NCBI GenBank assembly: GCA_963662335.2
Contig: CAXXVD010000005.1
Span: 128,001-192,000 of the forward strand
DNA: 64,000 nt
From: Chloroflexota bacterium
GTDB taxonomy: Bacteria; Chloroflexota; UBA11872; VXOZ01
Direction of reading: 5' to 3'
Program-made: the position numbers and the translations under genes
Notes under the pieces: model-generated
Told to the model about the DNA's origin: nothing
Database searches by the model: none
Seen by the model: only the letters and a program-made list of their open reading frames with translations
Shown here: piece by piece, positions 1 to 9,421 of the stretch
Numbering within the stretch: position 1 is the first letter of the stretch
Layout of the letters: each line of letters begins with the position of its first letter

Positions 1-820
1 ACGCGAACAACTCCGCGAACATTGGCGCAAGTTCGGCATGGAACGGCGAGTCCGTAAGTGCGAACAGGCTGCGCTCGATGCGGCTCTGGGCGGACTCAAA
101 ACTCTCCTTCAGCGGCTCGATGAATGAGGCGTCGGACAGGATATAGGAGTTGGCCAGAAGCTGGGTCGCGATGTTCGCTTGCGTTTGCAGGTTAGTCAAG
201 TGATAGTAGCGGTAGACTTCCTCTTCGGAAAAGTGGTCGTCGCGGGGCGCGGCCGCCTCGCCAATGACCCGAAATCCCGTAATCGTGTAGAAGATCTGGT
301 CGTCGATGTTTGGAATCAAGATGTCGTCCAGGCGGCTGCTCAAGGCGGTCAATTCGTCACGCAACTGGACGCTTTCCTCCATCAACTTGAACGACTCGGA
401 CATGCCGTCCTCAACCGACCCAATATTGGCGATGAGGGCGTCGGCACGCTCCCGCACCCGGGCAAAGCGCTCGTCGCCGGCGTCGGCTTGCTCCAAGACC
501 GCCAACTGCGCTTCCAGAGCGTCATGCGTCTCGTCGATGCCGGCGGCAACGTTGTTGAAGTCGGCGGTGGAGGCGGCCGTCGTCAGCCGCGGGGCGGCGG
601 CCACAAGCGAACTGCTGTGCTGCGCCACGCGGAAAGCGGCCACCATTTCGGGCACGCGGCCGTCGTTTACGCGGCTTTGGAACTCGCCCACGCGATTAAA
701 GGAAAACCAGGCCACCAAGCTGGCGGCCAGAACCAGCGCCACCGCGCCGCCAATGCCCAGGTAGAGTTGGGTGGAGATGCGGTACCGGGTCTCGAGTAGG
801 CCCTTGAAGCGTTCGATCAC
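1..820 (-). CDS. Membrane sensor protein with TorS/PgtB-like extracytoplasmic helical domain (partial; runs off the left edge)
   Basis: Absent from the ORF track because it has no stop in the window. Hand translation from GTG at 820 (GTGA overlap with the upstream stop) is open to base 1: MIERFKGLLETRYRISTQLYLGIGGAVALVLAASLVAWFSFNRVGEFQSRVNDGRVPEMVAAFRVAQHSSSLVAAAPRL...LIPNIDDQIFYTITG. One N-terminal TM helix, then a long all-helical domain. The output domain lies outside the window. Confidence 0.7.
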   Translation of the reverse strand, partial: MIERFKGLLETRYRISTQLYLGIGGAVALVLAASLVAWFSFNRVGEFQSRVNDGRVPEMVAAFRVAQHSSSLVAAAPRLTTAASTADFNNVAAGIDETHDALEAQLAVLEQADAGDERFARVRERADALIANIGSVEDGMSESFKLMEESVQLRDELTALSSRLDDILIPNIDDQIFYTITGFRVIGEAAAPRDDHFSEEEVYRYYHLTNLQTQANIATQLLANSYILSDASFIEPLKESFESAQSRIERSLFALTDSPFHAELAPMFAELFA

Positions 821-2130
821 CGCTCTACTTCCCGCAGCGAACTAACGGACTGATACGTGCCGTCCTGGCCGATCATCGTCAGGAAGACCTCGTCCGAGCC
901 TTGATTGTCCTCGCCAAAGAGCAATTCAAAGCCGCTCAGGTCGATCATGCCGGTATTGCGGATGCTGTCCAGGAAGCCGGCGCGCGTCGGCTGCGGGCCG
1001 GCGCGCTCCAGGGCGGCGATTGCAAGCCTGCCGGCCAGGTAGCCTTCCAACGAAACGAAGCCGGGCTCGTGCCACGACGAAAACTCGCGCGTGGCCCGCA
1101 GATAGTCCTTGACGATGGGCAGGGTCGAGTCCGTGGGAAACGGGACCACCTGGGTCACGAACACGCCCGCTCCGTCCGGGCCAAGTTCTTGCGCCAAGGC
1201 GTTGCTGCCCACAAATGAGACGGTCATGAAGATGGGATTGAAGTCCGTTTGCCGCGCCCACTTGATGAGCGACGCCACCGGCTGGTACGCGCCGATCATG
1301 ATCACCGCTTGCGGGTCGCCACGCCGCAGGTCGAGCAGGGCCGCTTTGACGGCGGTGGTGTTGCGGGTATAGACGCCAATCGCGGCCATTTCCATGCTGC
1401 GCTTCTCCAACGCCAGCCGCACGCCGTTATAGCCGGCGCGGCCGTAGGAGTCGTCCTGATAGAGCACGGCAATGCGCGTCACGCCCAGGTCGGTGGTCAG
1501 GCGCTCAACCATCTCCTCGGTCTCTTGATAATAGGAAGCGCGCAGGTTTATGACGTTGACCAGGTCCGGGTTGCGCAGCAGTTCCGCGCCGGTGAAGGGC
1601 GCGATGTAGGGAACGCCCGCCTCGAAAGCGACCGGCACCGCGGAGCGGGACGTCGGCGTGCCGACGGCGCCAATGAGGGCAAAGACGCCGTGTTTCTGGA
1701 TGAGTTGTCTGGTGTTGGAGATTGCGGCTTCCGGTTCGTAAGCGTCGTCCAGGCTAAGGAGATTGAGCTGCCGGCCGTGAACCCCGCGGGGTGTATCGAC
1801 CTGGCCGGGCTCGTTCACCTCTTGAAAAGCCGCCCGGATGCCGAACTCCATGTTCTTGCCAAGTTCCTCGGCCGGGCCGCTAAATGCGGCGGACTGGCCG
1901 AAGAGCACTTGCGTATCGGTCACCCCTGGCACAGACAGAGTCGTTGACGCCTCGGCGTCCGGCGCCGTGACTGCCTCCGCGGCGGTGGCCTCGCCGCCAT
2001 CTTCTGCCGAGTCCGTGGCGCAAGCGGCCACGAACGGAGCGGCGGCAAGCGCGCCGCCAACCCCCAGTGCCATGCGGAGATACGCTCGCCGGTAGAGGGG
2101 AGAAGCTAGCAAACCTGGGGCCCGTTTCAT
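817..2130 (-). CDS. Periplasmic-binding-protein type 1 (branched-chain amino acid/LivJ-like) substrate-binding lipoprotein
   Basis: FGQSAAFSGPA, LDDAYEP, ALIGAVGTPT and NLRASY motifs; N-terminus has a twin-Arg (RRAYL), a hydrophobic stretch and a lipobox-like VAAC. Confidence 0.85.
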   Translation of the reverse strand: MKRAPGLLASPLYRRAYLRMALGVGGALAAAPFVAACATDSAEDGGEATAAEAVTAPDAEASTTLSVPGVTDTQVLFGQSAAFSGPAEELGKNMEFGIRAAFQEVNEPGQVDTPRGVHGRQLNLLSLDDAYEPEAAISNTRQLIQKHGVFALIGAVGTPTSRSAVPVAFEAGVPYIAPFTGAELLRNPDLVNVINLRASYYQETEEMVERLTTDLGVTRIAVLYQDDSYGRAGYNGVRLALEKRSMEMAAIGVYTRNTTAVKAALLDLRRGDPQAVIMIGAYQPVASLIKWARQTDFNPIFMTVSFVGSNALAQELGPDGAGVFVTQVVPFPTDSTLPIVKDYLRATREFSSWHEPGFVSLEGYLAGRLAIAALERAGPQPTRAGFLDSIRNTGMIDLSGFELLFGEDNQGSDEVFLTMIGQDGTYQSVSSLREVER

Positions 2131-2564
2131 TTCTTCTTGTTCGCGCCGTCTGCGAGTTGCGCCACCATCGTGAGGCGGTTCTTGCCGTCTTCCCGCCGGT
2201 AGCTGACGTCATCCATCATCTCGCGCACGAAGTGGACGCCTAAGCCGCCCACGTGCCTATCTTGCAACTCCGCCGTCGTATCGGGTTCGGGCGCGTCGGT
2301 CAGCGGGTCGAAGGGACGGCCGTCGTCGACAACGTCGATTGTCAGGGCGTCCGCCGCCGAAGTCAGCGTGATCTCGATCGGATGAAGTCCCTCGTCGTGG
2401 GCGTAGTTCATCACGTTGATCACGATTTCTTCCAGCACCAGGTTGACTTTGAACACCAGGTCCAGCGGCCAGTCTTCCTCCATGCCGAACTCTTCTACCG
2501 CCGCCGCGACGCCCTCCAACTCCTCGTGCCTTGTCTGGATCTCTAGATGAAGTTTCTTGCTCAA
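2127..2564 (-). CDS. Anti-sigma factor / Ser kinase, RsbW-like (HATPase_c_2)
   Basis: LEEIVINVMNYA (N box), DDGRPFDP (G1), GGLGVH (G2); 145 aa; TTG start. Confidence 0.9.
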   Translation of the reverse strand: MSKKLHLEIQTRHEELEGVAAAVEEFGMEEDWPLDLVFKVNLVLEEIVINVMNYAHDEGLHPIEITLTSAADALTIDVVDDGRPFDPLTDAPEPDTTAELQDRHVGGLGVHFVREMMDDVSYRREDGKNRLTMVAQLADGANKKK

Positions 2565-2577
2565 GGTTGCTACTCTT

Positions 2578-3747
2578 CTACGTGCTGCGTTGCAGTGCGA
2601 GGCACGTTATGTCGTCGGACTGGGGCGTCTCGCCCGCAAACTCGCGCACGGCGGCAAAGACCGCCTCGTTTGCCGCTTCCGGGTCTTGGGGAACAGTGGT
2701 GGTGAACACCTCTTGGAGACGATCTTCGCCAAACTCCTCGCCATCCGCGTTCATGGCCTCCGTCACGCCGTCAGTATAGGAAAACACCATTTCGCCGGGC
2801 GCCAGGGTCACGGACTGCTGCGAGTAGGGCAAGCCGGGCATCACGCCCAGCGCAATCCCCTTGGTCAAAGGCAGGAACGTGGAACTGCCGTCGGGACGGA
2901 CGATGAGCGGGCTGTTGTGCCCGCCGTTCGCAAAGGCAAGTTGGCCGCTTGCCGGATCGTACGTGGCATAGAAGACCGTAACGAACATGCCGGCGTCGTT
3001 GTCCTCTTCCAGCAAGTCGTTGACTTCGCCCAGCACTTTGCCGGGGTCGCCAATGCCGATTGCGGAGCCCTTTAGCAGCGTGCGCGTGGACATCATGAAG
3101 AGCGCCGCCGGCACGCCTTTATCAGAAACGTCGGCGATCGCCAGGCCGACGAAGTCTTCTTCCATGTTGATAACGTCGAAGAAGTCCCCGCCGACGTTGC
3201 GGGCGGGGTCCATGCTGCCGTAAATCCGGTAGCCTTCACCCGGCGCAAACTCGGTGGGGAGGATCGACTGTTGGATTTGGCTGGCGACGTTAAGTTCATT
3301 CTGCAGCGCCACCAGTTTGTCCCGGGAGGAGAGCGCCTCGCGCCACTCGGTCATGTGGCTGAGCGTTCTGTCGATCGTAATCTTGAGGTCGGCAAAGTCC
3401 AGCGGCTTGGTCACGAAGTCGAACGCGCCGCGGTTCATCGCGGTGCGGATGTTCTTCATGTCGCCGTACGCCGACACGATTACGGAACGGATGTTGGGAT
3501 CGACCTTGGGAATTTGCTCCAGCAGCGTCAAGCCGTCCATGCGCGGCATGTTGATGTCGGAGAGCACCATATCGATGGTGTCGTCTTCATTCAGCCGCTC
3601 CAGCGCTTCGATGCCGTTCTGCGCAAAGACGAACGTATAGCGCCCGGCTCGAATGTGGCGCCGCATCCGCTGCAGCATGAGCGGCTCCAGATCCGGCTCG
3701 TCGTCGACAACGAGGATCTTATAAGGTGGCTCCATATTTCCCCTCAT
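2578..3747 (-). CDS. Response regulator receiver fused to SpoIIE/PP2C phosphatase (RsbU/RsbY-like)
   Basis: REC motifs ILVVDDE, DINMP, GAFDFVTKP; PP2C motifs VGGDFFD, DVSDKG, NGGH, TDGVTEA, DDIT. The start could be the Met at 3735. Confidence 0.9.
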   Translation of the reverse strand: MRGNMEPPYKILVVDDEPDLEPLMLQRMRRHIRAGRYTFVFAQNGIEALERLNEDDTIDMVLSDINMPRMDGLTLLEQIPKVDPNIRSVIVSAYGDMKNIRTAMNRGAFDFVTKPLDFADLKITIDRTLSHMTEWREALSSRDKLVALQNELNVASQIQQSILPTEFAPGEGYRIYGSMDPARNVGGDFFDVINMEEDFVGLAIADVSDKGVPAALFMMSTRTLLKGSAIGIGDPGKVLGEVNDLLEEDNDAGMFVTVFYATYDPASGQLAFANGGHNSPLIVRPDGSSTFLPLTKGIALGVMPGLPYSQQSVTLAPGEMVFSYTDGVTEAMNADGEEFGEDRLQEVFTTTVPQDPEAANEAVFAAVREFAGETPQSDDITCLALQRST

Positions 3748-3862
3748 GAAGGCGGTCCTAGATCCGGCCGGTTACGTAGCTCCTCAGCGCGCGGCAATTG
3801 GTCGCCGGCTCCCGCGCGTGAAGTCGCTGCCAGCCGTTGGTAGAGCAAGAGCGCGCGGGCGC

Positions 3863-4201
3863 TCAACCCTGGAGAGCGGCAATCGCGTCAGGCGGAGAGT
3901 CGTGGACGGGGATTATTTGATCGAAGCCGCTGATCTCGAAGATCTCGCGAATTGACTCAGAAAGCGAACAGACGGCGAACTTGGCGCCCTGCTTTTGCAA
4001 GGACTTTGCGGTGAGCAAGATGACGCGCAGGCCGGCGCTGCTAATGTACGAGACTTCCTCGAGATCCAGAACCACAGCCCGCTCGCTCGCGTCGATTGCG
4101 GCATCCAATGCATCCTGGAATTCCCGGGCATTGGCGCCGTCGATGCGGCCCTCGGTCTTGGCTATCAGCGTGTTGTCCTGCCGCTCGGTGGTAACTCCCA
4201 T
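3863..4201 (-). CDS. STAS-domain anti-sigma-factor antagonist (RsbV/SpoIIAA-like)
   Basis: GRID, LDLEEVSYISSAGLR with the phosphorylatable Ser, IFEISGF; 112 aa. Confidence 0.92.
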   Translation of the reverse strand: MGVTTERQDNTLIAKTEGRIDGANAREFQDALDAAIDASERAVVLDLEEVSYISSAGLRVILLTAKSLQKQGAKFAVCSLSESIREIFEISGFDQIIPVHDSPPDAIAALQG

Positions 4202-4630
4202 TGGGTACGTCTCCTTGAAAAGCTGCGACTTGGCTTCCTGCTAACCGCTATGCTCGAACGACACCATCGGCTCCCGCGCCGGCTGTGCCGAGTCTCTTCC
4301 GCCAGCGCCCCTGGCGCGGATACCGCCAGGCACATGAGTTGAACTACTCGCGCCGGCTCCCAACCTACGTAAGATACTATAGCATTCTCCGGCGGAAAAT
4401 GCTCGCCAACGGGGAATTTGCAAATACCTTGGGCCGGTTGGAAGTCTTTCATGCACTGGCAACTATCGAGCCACCCGCTATACGCGCCGCTCTGTCCGCC
4501 CACGGCATACCTAGCAGCATGCCACACAACCCTACCAAATCATACGCGCCGTGTCAATTGACGCCCAAATCGCCGCCCAAGAGAGGCTCTAGCATAGACC
4601 CCTTCACCCTCGAGGAGACTCTTGCGTTGG

Positions 4631-4666
4631 CCCCTTCCCCTGAGGGGGAAGGCCGGGATGGGGGTG
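4631..4666. repeat. REP-like palindrome, family A (CCTTCCCC-TGAG-GGGGAAGG followed by GGGATGGGGGTG)
   Basis: Intergenic hairpin with a purine tail; same architecture as 13640-13672. Confidence 0.6.
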
Positions 4667-4903
4667 AAAGGGGTTGACTTTGCATTCGCTTCAGCAAATG
4701 CTGCGCCTCTATTTTCCTCTTTTGGCCGGAAGGAAGGCAATGCTAGTCGCCGGAAGGTAGGGAATTCGCAGATCCCCGCGCCGCTCCGCGCCATTGCCGC
4801 CGTAGACCGCACGGACTACACTTACCAGCGCATGCGCTCGCAGCGTACAGCCGCAAGCGCTTACTCGCGACATACCGGGGGGCAACTCCCCCACGAGGTT
4901 GCA

Positions 4904-5761
4904 ATGCGCATTCTCATTACCGGCGGCAACGGGCAATTGGCGCAAGACCTGATTCCCGCGCTTGCCGGCCACGACGTGAAACCGCTGCCCCGGCAGGCGC
5001 TCGACATCTGCGACCGCGATCAAGCCGCCGCGGCCGTGCGCGCCTTCAAGCCCGCCGCGTTGATCAACACGGCGGCCTTCCACCGGGTCGACGCTTGCGA
5101 GACCGAGCCGGAGGCAGCCTTTGCCGCCAACGCCCTCGCCGTGCGCCACCTGGCTCAACTCTGCGCGGAACAGAACGCGCTATTCGTGCACTTCAGCACC
5201 GACTACGTATTCGGCGGCCAGGAAAAGCGCGCCCCTTTAACTGAGGAAGATCCGCCCGCCCCGCTCTCGGTTTACGGTGTTTCCAAGCTGGCCGGAGAGC
5301 ACTTGGCTCTCCTAACGTGGGAGAGATCTCTGATCATTCGCACGTGCGGGCTCTACGGCACAGCGGGCGCGGGCGGCACGGGCGGCAACTTCGTCCAGAC
5401 CATGCTGCGCAAGGCGAAGGAAGGGGCTGCTCTTCGCGTCGTGGACGACCAGACCTGCACACCCACTGCAACCCGCGACCTGGCGGAGAAGGTAGCGCTG
5501 CTGATTACGGAGGATGTCTTCGGTCTCGTCCACGTCACCAACGCCGGTTCATGTACGTGGTACGAGTTCGCCAAAGCCGTCTTCGGCCTAGCGGGCGTGG
5601 ACGCTGCGCTCTCTCCCACCACGTCCGCGGAATACGTTACACCCGCGGTCCGCCCGCCCTACTCGGTCTTGGCGCGCCAACGCCTGGCCGCGCTCGGCCA
5701 CGACGACCTGCGTCCCTGGCACGAGGCGCTGGCAAACTACCTGCAAGAGACGTCAAGGTAG
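4904..5761 (+). CDS. rfbD: dTDP-4-dehydrorhamnose reductase
   Basis: MRILITGGNGQL, NTAAFHRVDACE, STDYVFGG, YGVSK, VVDDQTCTPT, RPPYSVL. Start placed at ATG 4904 after GAGG, not at the track's 4622. Confidence 0.93.
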   Translation: MRILITGGNGQLAQDLIPALAGHDVKPLPRQALDICDRDQAAAAVRAFKPAALINTAAFHRVDACETEPEAAFAANALAVRHLAQLCAEQNALFVHFSTDYVFGGQEKRAPLTEEDPPAPLSVYGVSKLAGEHLALLTWERSLIIRTCGLYGTAGAGGTGGNFVQTMLRKAKEGAALRVVDDQTCTPTATRDLAEKVALLITEDVFGLVHVTNAGSCTWYEFAKAVFGLAGVDAALSPTTSAEYVTPAVRPPYSVLARQRLAALGHDDLRPWHEALANYLQETSR

Positions 5762-5870
5762 GCTGCTCCGTGCCGGCACGTGGTCGTCCGACGGCAGTCA
5801 CGTCTTTCAGCGTTATGGCAAGAGGCGTACCTTCAATCCTCCGCCCGCGTGGATGGCGGATGGCAGCGGG

Positions 5871-6593
5871 CTAGAGCGCGCGTTCTTGCAGGGATTCCGC
5901 GTCGGAGACGGGCCCGGATACGCGGATGCACTGCGCCCACCGCGCGGGTACGTTGACCATTCGCCGTTCCACCTCCAAGGTCAGGTGCCCGCTCCTGAGG
6001 TCGATCTCGGCGACGGCGACAGTCGTCTCCGGCAGCAAGCCCTGATCATGGGCAAAGTGGAGCAGATCGTTTTCGTCCTCGCCCTCTTCGGTAATGCGCA
6101 GGAGCGTCACACGCTCGCCCGCCTGCGTTTCCGTCAATTTGCGCGCGCCCAGCAGCCGCTCCTCATCGGGCGAGCCCGGAAACGGGTTGCCGTGCGGACA
6201 CGTCGTCGGGTGCCCGAGACTCTCATACAAGTAGGCCTCGAGTTTGGGCGAGAGCGAGTGCTCCAGGCGTTCCGCTTCATCATCGGCGTCGGCCCAGTCG
6301 AAGCCCAACGTATCCACCAAGAGCCGCTCGATCAGGTAGTGCCGCCGGATTATCGACTCGGCGATCCGGCGCCCCTCGGGCGTCAACTGCACGCCCCAAC
6401 CCTGGTCTACGACCGCAAGGCCTTGCCGCTCCATGCGCTGGAAGGCCTGCGTCACCGCCGAAGCGGATACCCCCAGGCGCTGGGCCAGGTGCGACCCAAC
6501 CACCCGCGAGCCTTCCCGCAGGGTGGTGTACACGCGAATCAGGTAGTCGCCCTGCACCGAACTCATTTCCGGGTTAGAAGGACTTTGCGACAT
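5871..6593 (-). CDS. DtxR/MntR-family metal-dependent transcriptional regulator with C-terminal FeoA/SH3-like domain
   Basis: DYL..VY, LAQRLGVSASAVT HTH, RRHYLIE, EAERLEH, CPHGNPFP. Confidence 0.9.
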   Translation of the reverse strand: MSQSPSNPEMSSVQGDYLIRVYTTLREGSRVVGSHLAQRLGVSASAVTQAFQRMERQGLAVVDQGWGVQLTPEGRRIAESIIRRHYLIERLLVDTLGFDWADADDEAERLEHSLSPKLEAYLYESLGHPTTCPHGNPFPGSPDEERLLGARKLTETQAGERVTLLRITEEGEDENDLLHFAHDQGLLPETTVAVAEIDLRSGHLTLEVERRMVNVPARWAQCIRVSGPVSDAESLQERAL

Positions 6594-6703
6594 CGTCTCT
6601 AATCCAAGAAAGCAAGTTGTTTCAAGCTAGACCTATCCTACACGATTGCGCGGGTCCGCGCAGACGAGCGTCCGCGCGCCGCGGCTATCGAAAATGGGCG
6701 AAC

Positions 6704-7153
6704 CTAGAGACTGGGGAGTCTGCCCAAGGACTCCGTGAAGGCCTGAAAGACCATGATCGGTATTGAGAAGAGACCCAACATCCAGCCGACGAAGAGGCCG
6801 TTGCGCAGATTGAACGTCTGCACGCCTTCCTTAATGGAGAGCGCCAGCGCAATGGGCAAGAATGAGAAGAAGAGGCCGCCGATGAGGATGAAAAAGGCGT
6901 AGTCCTCGGCGCCTCCGCCGAGGAGGCGGTCCAGGTTCAGGAGCGGCCGGGTCGGTTGCGTAAACCGCTCCAGTTGCGGCACGACGCTGAGCAGGAGTGT
7001 GCCCAGCGACCAGAGCCACGTCGTCGAGCCCACCGCGCTGCACATCACGCCGCCCACGCAGCCGCCAAGAAAGCCCAACGGATCGCTCTCTTCGACCTGA
7101 TGCTCCGGGCGGTGATCGGGAAGCCGCTGTGGGCCCTGCTCCGTATCTTCCAT
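6704..7153 (-). CDS. Hypothetical membrane protein (about 3 TM helices)
   Basis: ORF from ATG 7153 (MEDTEQGPQ...) with hydrophobic segments; a TACAAT -10 lies just upstream on the minus strand. The track's longer 5' extension overlaps wecA antisense. Confidence 0.6.
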   Translation of the reverse strand: MEDTEQGPQRLPDHRPEHQVEESDPLGFLGGCVGGVMCSAVGSTTWLWSLGTLLLSVVPQLERFTQPTRPLLNLDRLLGGGAEDYAFFILIGGLFFSFLPIALALSIKEGVQTFNLRNGLFVGWMLGLFSIPIMVFQAFTESLGRLPSL

Positions 7154-7249
7154 CGCACTCGCTGTTCGCGTATCGCTCGGCGGCGCCTTTCTCTCATTGT
7201 ACCGCCGCCGCCGCGCTGCCGTCCAAACGAGTAGTCCCGCGCCTGGTGA

Positions 7250-7258
7250 TGGTATACT
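7250..7258 (+). promoter_or_regulatory. Extended -10 element (TGgTATACT) for wecA-like gene
   Basis: TG-n-TATACT about 50 bp upstream of the GTG start. Confidence 0.45.
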
Positions 7259-7307
7259 GTCTCGCGGAGACCAACCCACCTTTGCGGCAGTTAGTCTGGT
7301 TAGGATT

Positions 7308-8393
7308 GTGCAACCGGCAACAAGCGCACTCTTGCTTGTGCTCTTCTCCGCTGCGGCCATTGCCCTGCTCCTCACTGACGCGGCACGGCGGCTTGCCTGG
7401 CGTCTGCGCTGGCTCGACCAGCCGGGAGAAGGGCGCGTGCACGCAAAGCCGGTGCCGCGCATCGGCGGTCTCGCCATCTTTGGGTCATTTACGACCGTCC
7501 TGCTCGCGGCGCTCTGGCTGCGCGAAGACCTCACGTTCGATACGAAGTATCTCGGGCTGCTCCTGGGCGCGGGACTCATTACGCTCGTAATGCTGATCGA
7601 CGACGTGCGCGGGCTGCCGCCGCTGCCCAAGTTCGCCGCGCAGGTCGCGGCGGCCGGCATCGCGATTGCCTTTGGCATCTCCATCGAGTTCATCCGCGAT
7701 CCCTTCAACGGGAGCGTTGCGTTTCCCGATTGGCTCGCGACTTCGATGGAGGGCCACATCCACTTCCCGGCGTGGCTCGCGATACCCATCACGCTCTTCT
7801 GGATCGTGGGCATGATGAACGCCATCAACTTCGTAGACGGCTACGACGGCCTGGCCGGCGGCCTCTCGTTGATCGGCGCCGGCGTGCTCTTCTTCCTGAG
7901 CATGTCGTTGGCGCAATTTAGCATCGCCTTTCTGCCGCTCATCCTCGCGGGCGCAATCCTCGGCTTCCTGCCTTTCAACGTGTATAACGCGCGCATCATC
8001 ATGGGCGATAGCGGCGCGCACTTCTTGGGCTTTGCGCTGGGCACGATCGCCATCATCGGCGGCGCGAAACTGGCCACGACCTTGCTCATCTTTGGCGTGC
8101 CGGCCATCGACGTGGCGTGGTCGATCATCCGGCGCACCTTGCGCGGCGGCCGTTTCTACCAGCGCGATACGAGCCACCTGCACCACCGCCTGGCGGAGCT
8201 TGGGCTGCCGCCGTTGGGAATTGCCATCGTCTATTGGTCGCTGTCCGCGATTCTCGGCGCCATCGCCCTGCTGCTGCCGACGCCGGTGCAGAAAGTCTAC
8301 GCGCTTGGCATTCTCGGCTTTGTCGTGGTCGCTCTGCTCGTAGTCGTCGCCCGGGGCGGCAAGGCGAAAGCGGCGACTGCGCCCAAGGAGTAA
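7308..8393 (+). CDS. Undecaprenyl-phosphate alpha-GlcNAc-1-phosphate transferase (WecA/TagO, MraY-like family)
   Basis: PVPRIGGLAI, LIDDVRGL, NAINFVDGYDGLA, IMGDSGA, HLHHRL; multi-TM. Confidence 0.9.
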   Translation: MQPATSALLLVLFSAAAIALLLTDAARRLAWRLRWLDQPGEGRVHAKPVPRIGGLAIFGSFTTVLLAALWLREDLTFDTKYLGLLLGAGLITLVMLIDDVRGLPPLPKFAAQVAAAGIAIAFGISIEFIRDPFNGSVAFPDWLATSMEGHIHFPAWLAIPITLFWIVGMMNAINFVDGYDGLAGGLSLIGAGVLFFLSMSLAQFSIAFLPLILAGAILGFLPFNVYNARIIMGDSGAHFLGFALGTIAIIGGAKLATTLLIFGVPAIDVAWSIIRRTLRGGRFYQRDTSHLHHRLAELGLPPLGIAIVYWSLSAILGAIALLLPTPVQKVYALGILGFVVVALLVVVARGGKAKAATAPKE

Positions 8394-8395
8394 CG

Positions 8396-9394
8396 ATGCC
8401 GTACCGCGTCCTCATTACCGATTACGTCTGGCCGACGCTCGACCGCGAGCGGGCAATCCTCGAGCCGCTGGGCGTGGAGTTGATCGCCTCGCCGAGCGGC
8501 GACGAGGAGACGTTGGCGGGTCTCGCTGCTGGTGTGGACGGCATCATGACCTGCTTCGCGGACGTAACGCCCACGGTGGTGCGCGCCTCCGAGCAACTCA
8601 AGGTCGTGGCGCGCTACGGCATCGGCGTGGACAACATCGCCGTAGACGTGGCCACGAGCCGCGGCGCGGTGGTGACGAACGTGCCAGAGTACTGCGTCGA
8701 GGAAGTGGCCGAGCACGCGCTGGCGCTCCTCTTCGCTTGCGCGCGCCGTGTGACCCGCTACGACCGGGCCGTGCGCGCCGGCCGCTGGAACAGCAAAGAG
8801 GGCATGCCCCTCTATCGCATTCAGGGCAAGACGCTCGGCATCGTCGGCTTTGGGCAGATCGGCAGGCGGGTGGCGGCCAAAGCGCAGGCATTGGGATTGG
8901 GCGTCCTGGCCCACGGCCCGCGTTTGTCGCACACAGAAGCCGCCGGACTGGGTTGCACGGCGGTGAGTCTCGCGGAACTCTTGCGTGAATCCGACTTCGT
9001 TACGCTCCATCTGCCGCTTACGGCGGAAACGGCGCAGATGTTCGACCGTCGGCGCTTTAGCCTGATGAAACCGGGCGCAATCTTCATCAACACGTCTCGC
9101 GGCGGCTTGGTTGAAAACGCCGCGCTCGAAGAGGCGCTCGCAGCCGGACGCCTCGCCGCCGCCGGTATCGACGTGTTGCCCCAAGAGCCGCCGGACAGCG
9201 CGGAACCGCTCTTGCGGCAGGAGAACCTCACCGTTACCCCGCACGTGGCGTTCTACAGCGAAGAGTCGCTGGCGGAACTCCAAACCCGCACGGCGCAGGC
9301 GGTCGCCCACGTTCTGCACGGCGCTATGCCGGAAAGCGTGGTCAATCCGGCGGTCTTGGAGCGGGTAGCGCTGCGCGCGGCCGGCACACCATGA
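8396..9394 (+). CDS. D-isomer-specific 2-hydroxyacid dehydrogenase (CtBP/SerA-like)
   Basis: RYGIGVDNI, TNVPEYCVEEVAEH, GIVGFGQIG, INTSRGGLV, TPHVAFYS; ATG at 8396. Confidence 0.88.
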   Translation: MPYRVLITDYVWPTLDRERAILEPLGVELIASPSGDEETLAGLAAGVDGIMTCFADVTPTVVRASEQLKVVARYGIGVDNIAVDVATSRGAVVTNVPEYCVEEVAEHALALLFACARRVTRYDRAVRAGRWNSKEGMPLYRIQGKTLGIVGFGQIGRRVAAKAQALGLGVLAHGPRLSHTEAAGLGCTAVSLAELLRESDFVTLHLPLTAETAQMFDRRRFSLMKPGAIFINTSRGGLVENAALEEALAAGRLAAAGIDVLPQEPPDSAEPLLRQENLTVTPHVAFYSEESLAELQTRTAQAVAHVLHGAMPESVVNPAVLERVALRAAGTP

Positions 9395-9421
9395 ACTGTG
9401 CAATGGAAGAGGGAAAAGACC

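Noticed and set aside
179-799. Plus-strand ORFs 179-799 and 306-764 from the track
   Set aside because: They are antisense shadows of the minus-strand sensor gene (820 to the left edge), which has a coupled start and a protein-like sequence.
4202-4903. Small ORFs or an ncRNA in the 700-bp STAS-rfbD spacer
   Set aside because: The candidate ORFs have no motifs or convincing RBS; only a minus-strand extended -10 (about 4376-4384) and a repeat hairpin are supportable.
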